A DNA stretch of 64,000 nucleotides from Actinomycetota bacterium (GTDB lineage: Bacteria; Actinomycetota; Coriobacteriia; Anaerosomatales; JAUXNU01), in assembly GCA_030682655.1 (NCBI GenBank), contig JAUXNU010000127.1, positions 14,597 through 78,596 on the forward strand. Direction: 5' to 3'. The position numbers and the translations under genes are program-made. The notes below the pieces were generated by a model. That model saw only the letters and a program-made list of their open reading frames with translations, had not been told where the DNA came from and made no database searches. Each line of letters opens with the position of its first letter. Position 1 is the first letter of the stretch. Below are positions 8,986 through 17,849 of this stretch, one piece after another.

Positions 8986-9621
8986 ATGATCCGCATCAAC
9001 CTTCTTCCTCGGGAGATCATCGAGAAGCGCAAGTTCGAGCGCCTGATCACCTTCGTCGCTCTTGGCGGGCTCGTCGTGTTTCTTGTTGTCGCGGCGGTGT
9101 GGGGTGTCATGGCGTGGCAGGTGGCTGGGCGCAACTCGCTGCTTCAGGCCGAGCAGGACACCGCTGTGACGTTGAGGAACAGCGCGGAGGCTCTGAAGGT
9201 CTTCGAGGACAAAGAGGGTGCTCTGGAGTCGCGGCTATCTATCGCCCGCGAAGCTCTCGCAAAGAGGGCCGACTGGGGGAGAATCGTCAACGAATTCTCG
9301 CTCGTGCTGCCGTCGGATGTGTGGTTGGACTCACTGTCAGGAGACGAGGAAAGTGGCCTGACTATCGATTGCAGCGCTCTTGATAGCGTGACGGATGTAC
9401 CGGATTTCGGGCACAAGGCAGTGGCCAAGACACTAGTGCGACTCGCCGATCTTGAACTGGTGGATGAAGTGTGGCTCGTGTCTTCCACGAAGAGCGCCTA
9501 CGAAGATACGGAAGACTATGTGATCACGTTCTCGATAACGACCGGAGTGGTGAGACCGGCGGCGCCGGACACGACAACGAACTCGAGCGAACCTGCCCCG
9601 CCAAGTCAGTCCGCTCAGTGA
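8986..9621 (+). CDS. pilN: Type IV pilus assembly protein PilN
   Basis: 211 aa. The canonical PilN start MIRINLLPREIIEKRKFERL is followed by one TM segment. The ATG abuts the pilM stop. Confidence 0.85.
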   Translation: MIRINLLPREIIEKRKFERLITFVALGGLVVFLVVAAVWGVMAWQVAGRNSLLQAEQDTAVTLRNSAEALKVFEDKEGALESRLSIAREALAKRADWGRIVNEFSLVLPSDVWLDSLSGDEESGLTIDCSALDSVTDVPDFGHKAVAKTLVRLADLELVDEVWLVSSTKSAYEDTEDYVITFSITTGVVRPAAPDTTTNSSEPAPPSQSAQ

Positions 9622-9638
9622 AATGACAGGTTAGCGAG

Positions 9639-10259
9639 ATGAAACTCACTACACAACAGAAGCTCATCATCGCGATTCTCCTGATCGTCCTGGTTGCGGT
9701 CGCCGCGGTCTTCCTTCTCATCGTGCCGCAGTTTGGTGCCCTCGGCGATCTTGACGACCAGATAGCTCAGGCTCAGCAGGACCAGAAGGACGCTTCGCTT
9801 CTCCTGGAGACTCGCAAGGAGAAGAAGCTGCGTGCCAGCGAGACCGATGTGAAGCTGATGCGCCTCGCTAACGAGTTGCCGGAGACACCGGAACTGCCGG
9901 CGATGATCATCGAACTGCAGGACGTAGTGAACGAGTCCGGTCTCGAGTTCGCGTCACTGACTCCGGGGGAACCCACCCAAAGGCCGAGTGATGCGGCCGC
10001 TGAGCCGGAGTACTGGGCGATTCCAGTCTCTCTGACGGTTAGAGGTACCTGGCAGGACACCGTGGACGTCATACAGCGACTCCGCCGACTGACACGACAG
10101 ATGAGAATCGTCAACTTCTCGACATCGAGGTACGAGCCCGACACCGATCTCTTGCCGAGCCGCACATTCGTGGAGACCTCGATCCAGCTCGAGGCATACT
10201 CTCTAGCTACCAAACAGGAGGGGCCGGACAAGACCGTACCTCCTGCCCCGGGCCAGTGA
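9639..10259 (+). CDS. pilO: Type IV pilus assembly protein PilO
   Basis: 206 aa. N-terminal TM, coiled-coil (LDDQIAQAQQDQKDASLLLE) and a ferredoxin-like C-terminal pattern, in the position after pilN. Confidence 0.75.
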   Translation: MKLTTQQKLIIAILLIVLVAVAAVFLLIVPQFGALGDLDDQIAQAQQDQKDASLLLETRKEKKLRASETDVKLMRLANELPETPELPAMIIELQDVVNESGLEFASLTPGEPTQRPSDAAAEPEYWAIPVSLTVRGTWQDTVDVIQRLRRLTRQMRIVNFSTSRYEPDTDLLPSRTFVETSIQLEAYSLATKQEGPDKTVPPAPGQ

Positions 10260-10280
10260 CGGATCGGTGAGGAGACACCT

Positions 10281-10925
10281 GTGGTAGACGACATGACACC
10301 CCAGGACAGCTCTCTGTCTCCGGCAGAGGCCGCTCCCGTGTCCGGCGTTCCTGAGAAGGCCGGGGACTTCCTCTCGACATCCACGGGCAAGCTGATTGTC
10401 ATCGGTGGCGCGGTTCTCGCCTTCCTTGTTGTCGCGGGACTCGTTGCGTGGGCCGTGTTCATGTTCGTACTTGAGCCGTCATCCTCTCCAGATACCGTCG
10501 GAGCCAACGATGCTGCTGCCGGGTCAAAGGAGGCCACTGCGAGCGCCGATGCTATCATAGAACCCGGCGGCGTACCCCTCAGCGATCTGTTCACCTTCAG
10601 GGACGTCTTCGAGCCGTTGATTGTCACGCCAGACGCATCGGAACTCGAGACCACGACGGGGTCTCCCACGTCTACGACTGCAACCTCCGACTCGGTGGCA
10701 GCACCGGATACGAGCAGTCAGACTCTGTATCTTCAGGACATCATCTCAGACAACGGGGTCGCGAGAGCTGTGCTGGTCTTCGAGGGCCAGGAGTACACTC
10801 TGGCCGAAGGCGAGTCCATTCCGGGCTCTCCGTGGGAAGTCCTCACAATCGGCACGACGAGCGTGACGATGCTCTACGGTGACGTGCAGGTGACGATCAG
10901 TATCGGCCAAGGCGTCACGAAGTAG
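10281..10925 (+). CDS. Bitopic membrane protein, last gene of the pilus locus; the C-terminal beta-domain resembles the PilP/GspC HR domain (inference)
   Basis: 214 aa. GTG start 6 nt after GAGGAG. One TM (LIVIGGAVLAFLVVAGLVAWAVFMFV), an S/T/A/P-rich linker, and the C-terminus ARAVLVFEGQEYTLAEGESIPGSPWEVLTIGTTSVTMLYGD. Confidence 0.5.
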   Translation: MVDDMTPQDSSLSPAEAAPVSGVPEKAGDFLSTSTGKLIVIGGAVLAFLVVAGLVAWAVFMFVLEPSSSPDTVGANDAAAGSKEATASADAIIEPGGVPLSDLFTFRDVFEPLIVTPDASELETTTGSPTSTTATSDSVAAPDTSSQTLYLQDIISDNGVARAVLVFEGQEYTLAEGESIPGSPWEVLTIGTTSVTMLYGDVQVTISIGQGVTK

Positions 10926-10953
10926 TCCTCCGGGACTTGTGGGGTCATTCCGG

Positions 10954-10962
10954 TGGTAGAAT
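10954..10962 (+). promoter_or_regulatory. Putative extended -10 element (TGgTAGAAT) upstream of aroC
   Basis: TGGTAGAAT lies 34 nt upstream of the aroC ATG. It is the same 9-mer as upstream of pilM and steA. The -35 is weak (TTGTGG at 10937-10942, 14-nt spacer). Confidence 0.35.
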
Positions 10963-10995
10963 TGCTCTACCGCAACGCCGTCCCCGGAGGAATCA

Positions 10996-12147
10996 ATGCG
11001 CTACGTCACCTCGGGTGAGTCACACGGCAGGGTTCTCACGGCAGTCGTCACCCGGGTACCCGCCGGTATTCCTCTGACCCAGAAGGCGATTGATGACGAT
11101 CTTGCCCGTCGGCAGGTAGGCTACGGGCGGGGTGGGCGGATGCGAATCGAGTCAGATCGTGGCTCCATTGTCTCCGGTGTGCGATTCGGCAGGACGATCG
11201 GGAGTCCTGTGACGATCGCCATCTCAAATCGCGACTGGGACAACTGGACAGACGTGATGTCTGTCTTTGGCGAGCCGGTCGACTCGGCCCGGGTGACCGC
11301 ACCGCGTCCCGGGCATGCGGATCTTGCAGGGGTTCAGAAGACGGGCTCTCGAGACATTCGCGACATCCTTGAGAGGGCCAGTGCTCGTGAGACCGCGGCC
11401 CGCGTTGCGGCCGGTTCGGTCGCCCGAGCATTCCTGACGCAAATGGGCGTAGGGGTGGAGTCGTTCGTCCAGTCCATCGGCGATGTGGCGATGGACGATG
11501 TCGAAGACCCAGCTGCAATCGATGCCGCACTTGTGGATGCCAGCGACGTGCGTTGCCCCGACGAGGCGACTGCGAAACGGATGCGTGTGGCGATCGACGA
11601 AGCCCGTGAGGCGGGCGAGAGCCTCGGAGGCGTCTTCTGCGTGACGGCGACGGGTCTCGTCCCCGGACTAGGTTCGTACGCCGAAGCGTCCCGCCGTCTC
11701 GATGCAGGACTCGCCGCGGCCGTGTGCTCGATTCCCGCGATCAAGGGCGTTGAGTTCGGTGACGGGTTTCGGGCTGCCACGCGCCCGGGTTCCGGCGTTC
11801 ATGACGAGATCCTGTTCGACGAAGGTCGGGGCTTCTACCGCAAGACCAATCATGCAGGTGGCGTCGAGGGCGGCATGACGAACGGGGAGCCGCTGGTGAT
11901 TCGCGCAGCAATGAAGCCCATTCCGACACTCATGAAGCCGCTGGCCAGTGTGGATATGGACACTCATGAGCCAGTCGATGCTTCGAAGGAACGTTCAGAT
12001 GTCTGTGCTGTCCCGGCGGCGGCCGTCGTTGCCGAGGCAGACGTGTCACTCGTTCTTGCCCGCGCCTACATCGAGAAGTTCGGCGGGGACTGTCTGGACG
12101 ACACGATCTCCGCTGTTGCCGCATACCGTGCGAGGCTGCAGCCGTGA
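10996..12147 (+). CDS. aroC: Chorismate synthase
   Basis: 383 aa. MRYVTSGESHG N-terminus and conserved GGRMRIESD and RPGHADL motifs. Confidence 0.95.
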   Translation: MRYVTSGESHGRVLTAVVTRVPAGIPLTQKAIDDDLARRQVGYGRGGRMRIESDRGSIVSGVRFGRTIGSPVTIAISNRDWDNWTDVMSVFGEPVDSARVTAPRPGHADLAGVQKTGSRDIRDILERASARETAARVAAGSVARAFLTQMGVGVESFVQSIGDVAMDDVEDPAAIDAALVDASDVRCPDEATAKRMRVAIDEAREAGESLGGVFCVTATGLVPGLGSYAEASRRLDAGLAAAVCSIPAIKGVEFGDGFRAATRPGSGVHDEILFDEGRGFYRKTNHAGGVEGGMTNGEPLVIRAAMKPIPTLMKPLASVDMDTHEPVDASKERSDVCAVPAAAVVAEADVSLVLARAYIEKFGGDCLDDTISAVAAYRARLQP

Positions 12148-12662
12148 GTCACGTGTTCCTGGTCGGCTTCATGGGCGCCGGCAAGTCGACCGTCGGTCAT
12201 CTGCTCGCCAAGGACCTGGGACACCCCTTCATCGACCTCGACGAAACCATCGAGCAGGACGAAGGCCGTTCGGTGACCCAGATATTCGCCGAGGACGGGG
12301 AGACGGGGTTTCGCTCGTTGGAGACGCGGGCCCTGCGCGCGCTAGGAGACGCGCCTCCATCGGTGGTGGCGTGTGGGGGAGGGGTGATCCTCGTCGACGA
12401 GAACAGGGCGCTGTTGGCCTGCGAAGGGCGTGTGGTCTACCTCGTTGTCACTCCCGGAGAGGCGCTTGCCCGCATTGGCGGAACCGAATCGCGGCCGCTC
12501 CTGGCAGGAGCCGGTGGTGTTGTGGCCGCAACCTCACTTCTGACAGCGAGGGAGTCGCTGTACCGGGCGTCTGCCGACATCGCCGTGGATACCACCGGCA
12601 AGGAACCGTCGACCGTCGCGAGCGAGGTCCTGGCGTTGCTGAAAGGGGTCGAGGTCGAGTGA
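12144..12662 (+). CDS. aroK: Shikimate kinase
   Basis: 172 aa. P-loop GFMGAGKSTVG. GTGA start/stop overlap with aroC. Confidence 0.9.
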   Translation: MSHVFLVGFMGAGKSTVGHLLAKDLGHPFIDLDETIEQDEGRSVTQIFAEDGETGFRSLETRALRALGDAPPSVVACGGGVILVDENRALLACEGRVVYLVVTPGEALARIGGTESRPLLAGAGGVVAATSLLTARESLYRASADIAVDTTGKEPSTVASEVLALLKGVEVE

Positions 12663-13759
12663 GCGATGCGGTCAGGGTCCAGGTGATGACATCGTCAGGC
12701 CTCTATCCGGTGCACATCGGCTCCGGGATCGTGGACTTGTGCGGCTCTCTCGTGAGGGAGCACTCGACTGCTCGTACGGCGGCGGTTGTCACTGACTCGA
12801 ACGTTCAAGCACTTCTCGGAGTGCGGGTCGTCGCTTCGCTTGAGGCTGCGCAGTTCCGCGTGGTTCAGGTCACGGTCGAACCGGGCGAGGCCAGCAAGAG
12901 TTGGGCGCGCGCAGGTGAGGTGCTCGAGGCGCTGGCTGCGCACGGACTCGACCGGGGAGACATCGTGGTGGCGCTTGGCGGTGGGGTGATTGGCGACCTC
13001 GCGGGGTTCTGCGCGGCGGTGTACATGAGAGGCATTTCCTACGCGCAGATCCCCACGACACTTCTGGCGCAGGTGGACTCATCTGTCGGTGGCAAGACCG
13101 CAGTGGACCTGGCGGCAGGCAAGAACCTCGCGGGCGCGTTCCTTCAACCGCGTGCGGTGGTCGCGGATACCGATTCGCCTCGAACCCTGTTGGAGCTGGA
13201 GTGGCGGAGCGGACTCGCCGAGATCGCGAAGTCGGCGGTACTTGACGGCGAGGAGTTCCTGTCGTGGCTTGAGACGCACGCCCAGGGTCTCGTGGACCGT
13301 GATCCCGAGACGGTCAAGCACGCAATCCAGGCATCAGTCGAGTTCAAGGCGCGCATCGTGGCTGGAGACGAGCGAGAATGCGGCGTGAGGGAGTGCTTGA
13401 ACCTGGGGCACACTCTCGGACATGCCATCGAGAAGGTGGCCGGGTATGGCGCGGTCGGCCACGGACTTGCGGTTGCCGAAGGGATGCGCTTCTCGGCGCG
13501 GCTGGCCGCACGCATCGAAGCAGTGTCGCCTGAATTCGTGAGCAGACAGGAAGCGCTTCTAGATGCACTCGGTCTCGTTGAGCTCTCCTCGGTGTACGAT
13601 AGCGAGATGATCCGTACGGCGATGTCTTCGGACAAGAAGGTGCGCAACGGCGCCGTGCGTTTCGTGCTTGCCACGAGCCCCGGAGAGCATGTGGTACGCG
13701 GGGTCGACGGCGGTGTGCTTCAGGAGGAGCTGCGCGAGTGGATGCGCGAGAGGGGTTGA
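12659..13759 (+). CDS. aroB: 3-dehydroquinate synthase
   Basis: C-terminal ~366 aa of the 11948-13759 [14 protein letters not shown] and [20 protein letters not shown] motifs. Start placed at GTG 12659 (GTGA overlap with aroK); ATG 12686 is the alternative. Confidence 0.88.
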   Translation: MSDAVRVQVMTSSGLYPVHIGSGIVDLCGSLVREHSTARTAAVVTDSNVQALLGVRVVASLEAAQFRVVQVTVEPGEASKSWARAGEVLEALAAHGLDRGDIVVALGGGVIGDLAGFCAAVYMRGISYAQIPTTLLAQVDSSVGGKTAVDLAAGKNLAGAFLQPRAVVADTDSPRTLLELEWRSGLAEIAKSAVLDGEEFLSWLETHAQGLVDRDPETVKHAIQASVEFKARIVAGDERECGVRECLNLGHTLGHAIEKVAGYGAVGHGLAVAEGMRFSARLAARIEAVSPEFVSRQEALLDALGLVELSSVYDSEMIRTAMSSDKKVRNGAVRFVLATSPGEHVVRGVDGGVLQEELREWMRERG

Positions 13760-13763
13760 GATC

Positions 13764-14207
13764 GTGATACGCGTGCTCGTCATCAACGGACCGAACCTGA
13801 ATCTCCTTGGAACGAGGGAGCCGGATATCTACGGCTCGACGACTCTCGCCCAAATCGAGGCGCTGGTGACCCAACAGGCTGCCGATGAGGGCGTGGAGGT
13901 CGGATTCTTGCAGTCGAACCACGAGGGCGCAATCATCGACGCATTGCAGCAGGCACCTGGAGACTACGACGCTGTCGTGATGAATCCGGGTGCCTTCACT
14001 CACTACTCGTACGCGCTGCGGGACGCGGTTGCGGGAGCCGAGCTGCCCGTGATCGAGGTGCACCTGAGCAACATCGCGGCCCGCGAGGAGTTTCGTGCGT
14101 CGAGTGTCATCGCACCGGCATGCATCGGTCAGATATCGGGATTCGGCGTCGGCTCGTACCTGCTCGGCGTTCGCGCCGCCGCTCAGAGCGTTCGGGGCGA
14201 CGCATGA
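13764..14207 (+). CDS. aroQ: Type II 3-dehydroquinate dehydratase
   Basis: [21 protein letters not shown] and [12 protein letters not shown] motifs. GTG start at 13764, just after the aroB stop. Confidence 0.9.
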   Translation: MIRVLVINGPNLNLLGTREPDIYGSTTLAQIEALVTQQAADEGVEVGFLQSNHEGAIIDALQQAPGDYDAVVMNPGAFTHYSYALRDAVAGAELPVIEVHLSNIAAREEFRASSVIAPACIGQISGFGVGSYLLGVRAAAQSVRGDA

Positions 14208-15292
14208 TAGCGGATCGAAGGCTCTCGGCGACCAGGCTCAAGCTGGCACAGCGTCACTCCTCAGCGATCGTCGTGACGAGCGTTTCCAACGTTTCATATC
14301 TGACCGGCTTCGAGAACGTATTCGATAGCGAAGCCAACGTCGCCCTGCTGATCACCTCGGACATCGCTTGCGTCTACACCGACTTCCGCTATGCCGAGGC
14401 GGCCGAAGCGGCGGCCGTAGGGACACCTTGGATAGTCTGCGTGCCCAAGGAATCGCTCTACATCGAGTTGTGCGCATATGCCGCAGAGCGGGGAATCGAT
14501 GAAGTTGCACTTGAGTCGTCGGTGCCCTACGGACGATTCCGGTTCGTCTCCGAGCAGTTCCAGGGCCGGGTCGAGGTCGTGGACGCATGGATCGAGGAGA
14601 TCCGTCAGGTCAAGGAGGCCGCGGAGATCGAGCGCATCTCGGTCGCGGCCGACTTGACCGATCGGGCGCTTGAGCACGTGAAGGGACAGATCGTTTCCGG
14701 TGCGCGTGAGTGCGACATAGCGCTTGCGATCGAGGTCTTCATCCGGCAGAACGGCGGAGACGCAGTTGCGTTCGACCCCATTGTCGCGAGCGGACCGAAC
14801 TCGTCACGTCCACACGCGAAAGTGTCGGACCGCCAGTTCGAGGTCGGGGACTTCGTCACTGTGGATCTGGGCGCGCGTGTGAGTGGCTACTGCTCTGATC
14901 TGACGAGGACCTTCGTGATTGGCAGCGCAAGCGATCGTCAACGTGAGATCTACGACGCGGTCCTCGCCGCAAACAAGGCAGGCATTCTCGCGGCACGCGC
15001 CGGTGTTCGGGGGATGGACATCGATCGGGCGGCACGGGACGCGCTGGGTCAGCATGGACTGGCCGAGGCGTTCGGCCATGGCCTGGGTCACGGGGTCGGT
15101 ATCGACGTTCACGAGATGCCAAGTGTCAGTCCGCGTGGCCGGGATGCCGTCCACGCAGGCTCTGTCGTCACGATCGAGCCGGGCGTGTACATTGAGGGTT
15201 TCGGCGGTGTTAGAATTGAGGATTTGGTGGTCATTGAAGAGGGTGGTTGCCGTGTCTTGTCCGCCGCCCCAAAGGAGCTGATCGAGCTCTAG
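14204..15292 (+). CDS. Xaa-Pro aminopeptidase/dipeptidase (M24B family)
   Basis: ATGA overlap with aroQ. Metal-ligand contexts [25 protein letters not shown] and GVRIEDLVV. Confidence 0.85.
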   Translation: MIADRRLSATRLKLAQRHSSAIVVTSVSNVSYLTGFENVFDSEANVALLITSDIACVYTDFRYAEAAEAAAVGTPWIVCVPKESLYIELCAYAAERGIDEVALESSVPYGRFRFVSEQFQGRVEVVDAWIEEIRQVKEAAEIERISVAADLTDRALEHVKGQIVSGARECDIALAIEVFIRQNGGDAVAFDPIVASGPNSSRPHAKVSDRQFEVGDFVTVDLGARVSGYCSDLTRTFVIGSASDRQREIYDAVLAANKAGILAARAGVRGMDIDRAARDALGQHGLAEAFGHGLGHGVGIDVHEMPSVSPRGRDAVHAGSVVTIEPGVYIEGFGGVRIEDLVVIEEGGCRVLSAAPKELIEL

Positions 15293-15315
15293 AACCGAGG
15301 GAAGGTACAAGATCT

Positions 15316-15876
15316 ATGGCGGTGTCTACGAACAACTTCAAGAACGGCATGTGCATCATCTACAGCGACAAGATGTGGATCATCGCCGAGTTCCAACACG
15401 TGAAGCCGGGCAAAGGAGGTGCGTTCGTACGCACCAAGCTCAAGGAGCTCAAGACCGGACGCGTGGTCGACGTGACCTTCAGGGCCGGCGAGAAGCTCGA
15501 AGACGTCCGCGTGGAGACCAAGAGGATGCAGTATCTCTACGGCGACGGGTCGTCGTTCCACTTCATGGATAGCGCGAGCTACGAGCAGGTCGAACTGAAC
15601 GCCGACTTCGTCGGTGACACGGCGAAGTGGCTCAAGGAGAATGATGAGGTGGAAGTCCTGATCGCAGGGGGAGAGATGATCGGTGTTGAACCCCCTATGT
15701 TCGTCGAGTTGGTGGTCGTGGAGACAGACCCAGGATTCAAGGGCGATACCGTGCAGGGCGGCACCAAGGCGGCCACACTGGAGACGGGTGCGGTCATCCA
15801 GGTACCGATGTTTGTGAACACCGGCGAAACACTGAAGGTGGACACGCGCGACGGAAGCTATATCACGCGCGTGTAG
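15316..15876 (+). CDS. efp: Elongation factor P
   Basis: 186 aa from the internal ATG. NFKNG...HVKPGKGGAFVRTKLK signature containing the modified-Lys loop. Confidence 0.95.
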   Translation: MAVSTNNFKNGMCIIYSDKMWIIAEFQHVKPGKGGAFVRTKLKELKTGRVVDVTFRAGEKLEDVRVETKRMQYLYGDGSSFHFMDSASYEQVELNADFVGDTAKWLKENDEVEVLIAGGEMIGVEPPMFVELVVVETDPGFKGDTVQGGTKAATLETGAVIQVPMFVNTGETLKVDTRDGSYITRV

Positions 15877-15914
15877 CCTCGTACCCGCACACCTTGTCGT
15901 ATATACTAGCCAAA

Positions 15915-15949
15915 CCGACGCGACGGCAATGCGACCTCGCGCCGGTTTT
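15915..15949 (+). terminator. Possible intrinsic terminator after efp
   Basis: CCGACGCGA (15915-15923) pairs with TCGCGCCGG (15937-15945) with one mismatch and a 13-nt loop, followed by TTTT (15946-15949). Confidence 0.35.
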
Positions 15950-15978
15950 GTACACTCAGATTCCGAGGAGAGAACGGC

Positions 15979-17844
15979 ATGCGTCCAGTGCATATCACCG
16001 ATACGACCTTGCGAGACGCCCACCAGTCGTTGTGGGCTACGCGCATGCAGATCGCTGACATGCTGCCGATTCTCCGCAAGACGGACTCGGTGGGTTACTG
16101 GTCCTTGGAGGTCTGGGGTGGTGCGACGTTCGATGCAGCACTCAGGTTCCTTGACGAGAACCCATGGGAGCGCCTACGCATCATCAAGCAGCACTGCCCG
16201 AAGACTCCGCTTCAGATGCTTCTACGAGGCCAGAACCTCGTGGGTTACCGGCACTACAGCGATGAGATCGTCAGGCGGTTCGTTCACGCGTCGAAGCGGA
16301 ACGGTATCGACATCTTCCGGGTGTTCGATGCGCTCAATGACATCCGAAACGTCGAGGTGTCGGCCGAGGCGATCAAGGAATGCGGCGGGCACTTCGAAGG
16401 AGCCATCAGCTACACGGTCAGCCCTGTGCACACACTGGACAGCTACCTCGAGTACGCACAGCAGCTCAAGGACATCGGAGCCGATACGATCTGCATCAAG
16501 GACATGGCGGGAATGCTCACGCCCTTTCGCACCGAGAAGATGGTGACTGCCCTCAACAACCAGATCGGGCTGCCCGTTCACGTGCACTGTCACTACATCG
16601 GCGGCATGGCACCGATGAACTATCTGAAGGCCGCCGAGGCAGGTGCGGAAATCATCGACACCGCAGTGGTGGCGCTGGCGTTCGGGAACAGCCAGCCTGC
16701 TGTCGAGATGATCGTCGCGGCGCTGAAGGAGTCGCCCTACGACACGGGCCTCGATCTGGATCTGCTGTTCGAGATCGCTGAATACTGGGAGGCGGTCCGC
16801 ATGCGCAAGAAGCTCAAGCGCGGCGTGACATCGCTCCTGCACATGGAGGTCTTCTCTCATCAGGTTCCGGGCGGCATGATGAGCAACCTCGTGAGCCAGC
16901 TTGAACTCCAGAAAGCACCCGACCGGCTCCCGGACGTGCTTGCCGAGATCCCGAAGGTGCGCGCCGAGGTTGGATTCCCACCGCTCGTCACCCCCATGTC
17001 CCAGATCGTGGGCACGCAGGCTGTCATCAACGTGCTTACAGGCAAGCGCTGGGCCGTCGTGCCCAAGGAGATGAAGGACTACATCAAGGGGCATTACGGG
17101 AAGGCTCCCGGCCCCATGGACGAGACTGTCGTTGCGAAAGCCCTCGGCAAGGACGAGCTGCTGCCGCCGGACGTTCGGCCTGGCTCGCTAGTGTCGACGA
17201 CATATGCGGAGGTCGAGGCGGAGATCGGCGACCTCGCGCACTCGGAAGAGGACGTACTCATGTACGCCCTCTTCCCGAACGAAGCAAAAACCTATCTCAC
17301 GCTCCATCAGGAGGGTGCCGAGAAGGCGGTCTTCATGATGGGCGAGGAGATCGAGACCATGATGGAGGGAGAAGAGCCCGTGGACGTGAACCAGATACGC
17401 GAGCTCATCAAGATCGTTGAGACGGCAGGCGTGAGCGAGGTCGTTGTAGAAGAGGGCGGCGTCAAGATCATCGTGCGCAAGGGTGGGTTTGCCGAGATGA
17501 CCTCGGTGGCACCTGCTGCGGCCGCCGCCCCGCCGCCGGCTGCTGATGCCAGCGCGCCTCAGGACGTTGCCGTACGGGATGCGGCCGAGCGCCCGGCGAC
17601 CTGGCGTACGGTGACTTCGCCAATGGTGGGGACGCTCTACCACGCCGCATCACCCGGCGCCGACCCCTTCGTGTCGGTCGGTGACACCTTCGACGAGGGT
17701 GAAACGCTTTGCATCCTTGAAGCCATGAAACTGATGAACGAGATCGCAGCCGAAGAGCCCGGCACCGTGCGTGAGGTTTGCGTCGGAGATGCAGAAGCCG
17801 TCGAGTACGGTACCGTGCTGTTCTACTACGAGCCGCTCGGGTAG
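15979..17844 (+). CDS. pycB: Biotin-dependent carboxyltransferase (5S/OadA/PycB type) fused to a C-terminal biotin carboxyl carrier domain; probable pyruvate carboxylase subunit B
   Basis: 621 aa. N-terminal HMGL-like TIM barrel (ITDTTLRDAHQSL). Ala/Pro linker (APAAAAAPPPAADA). Biotinyl motif CILEAMKLMNEI near the C-terminus. No membrane OadB/OadG genes are adjacent, and a biotin carboxylase gene follows. Confidence 0.8.
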   Translation: MRPVHITDTTLRDAHQSLWATRMQIADMLPILRKTDSVGYWSLEVWGGATFDAALRFLDENPWERLRIIKQHCPKTPLQMLLRGQNLVGYRHYSDEIVRRFVHASKRNGIDIFRVFDALNDIRNVEVSAEAIKECGGHFEGAISYTVSPVHTLDSYLEYAQQLKDIGADTICIKDMAGMLTPFRTEKMVTALNNQIGLPVHVHCHYIGGMAPMNYLKAAEAGAEIIDTAVVALAFGNSQPAVEMIVAALKESPYDTGLDLDLLFEIAEYWEAVRMRKKLKRGVTSLLHMEVFSHQVPGGMMSNLVSQLELQKAPDRLPDVLAEIPKVRAEVGFPPLVTPMSQIVGTQAVINVLTGKRWAVVPKEMKDYIKGHYGKAPGPMDETVVAKALGKDELLPPDVRPGSLVSTTYAEVEAEIGDLAHSEEDVLMYALFPNEAKTYLTLHQEGAEKAVFMMGEEIETMMEGEEPVDVNQIRELIKIVETAGVSEVVVEEGGVKIIVRKGGFAEMTSVAPAAAAAPPPAADASAPQDVAVRDAAERPATWRTVTSPMVGTLYHAASPGADPFVSVGDTFDEGETLCILEAMKLMNEIAAEEPGTVREVCVGDAEAVEYGTVLFYYEPLG

Positions 17845-17849
17845 CGCGG

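Noticed and set aside
11948-12658. N-terminal 237-aa extension of the aroB ORF (track lists 11948-13759, 603 aa)
   Set aside because: The extension overlaps aroC and aroK in other frames and is Arg/Pro/Gly-rich. AroB homology begins only after GTG 12659 / ATG 12686, right at the aroK stop.
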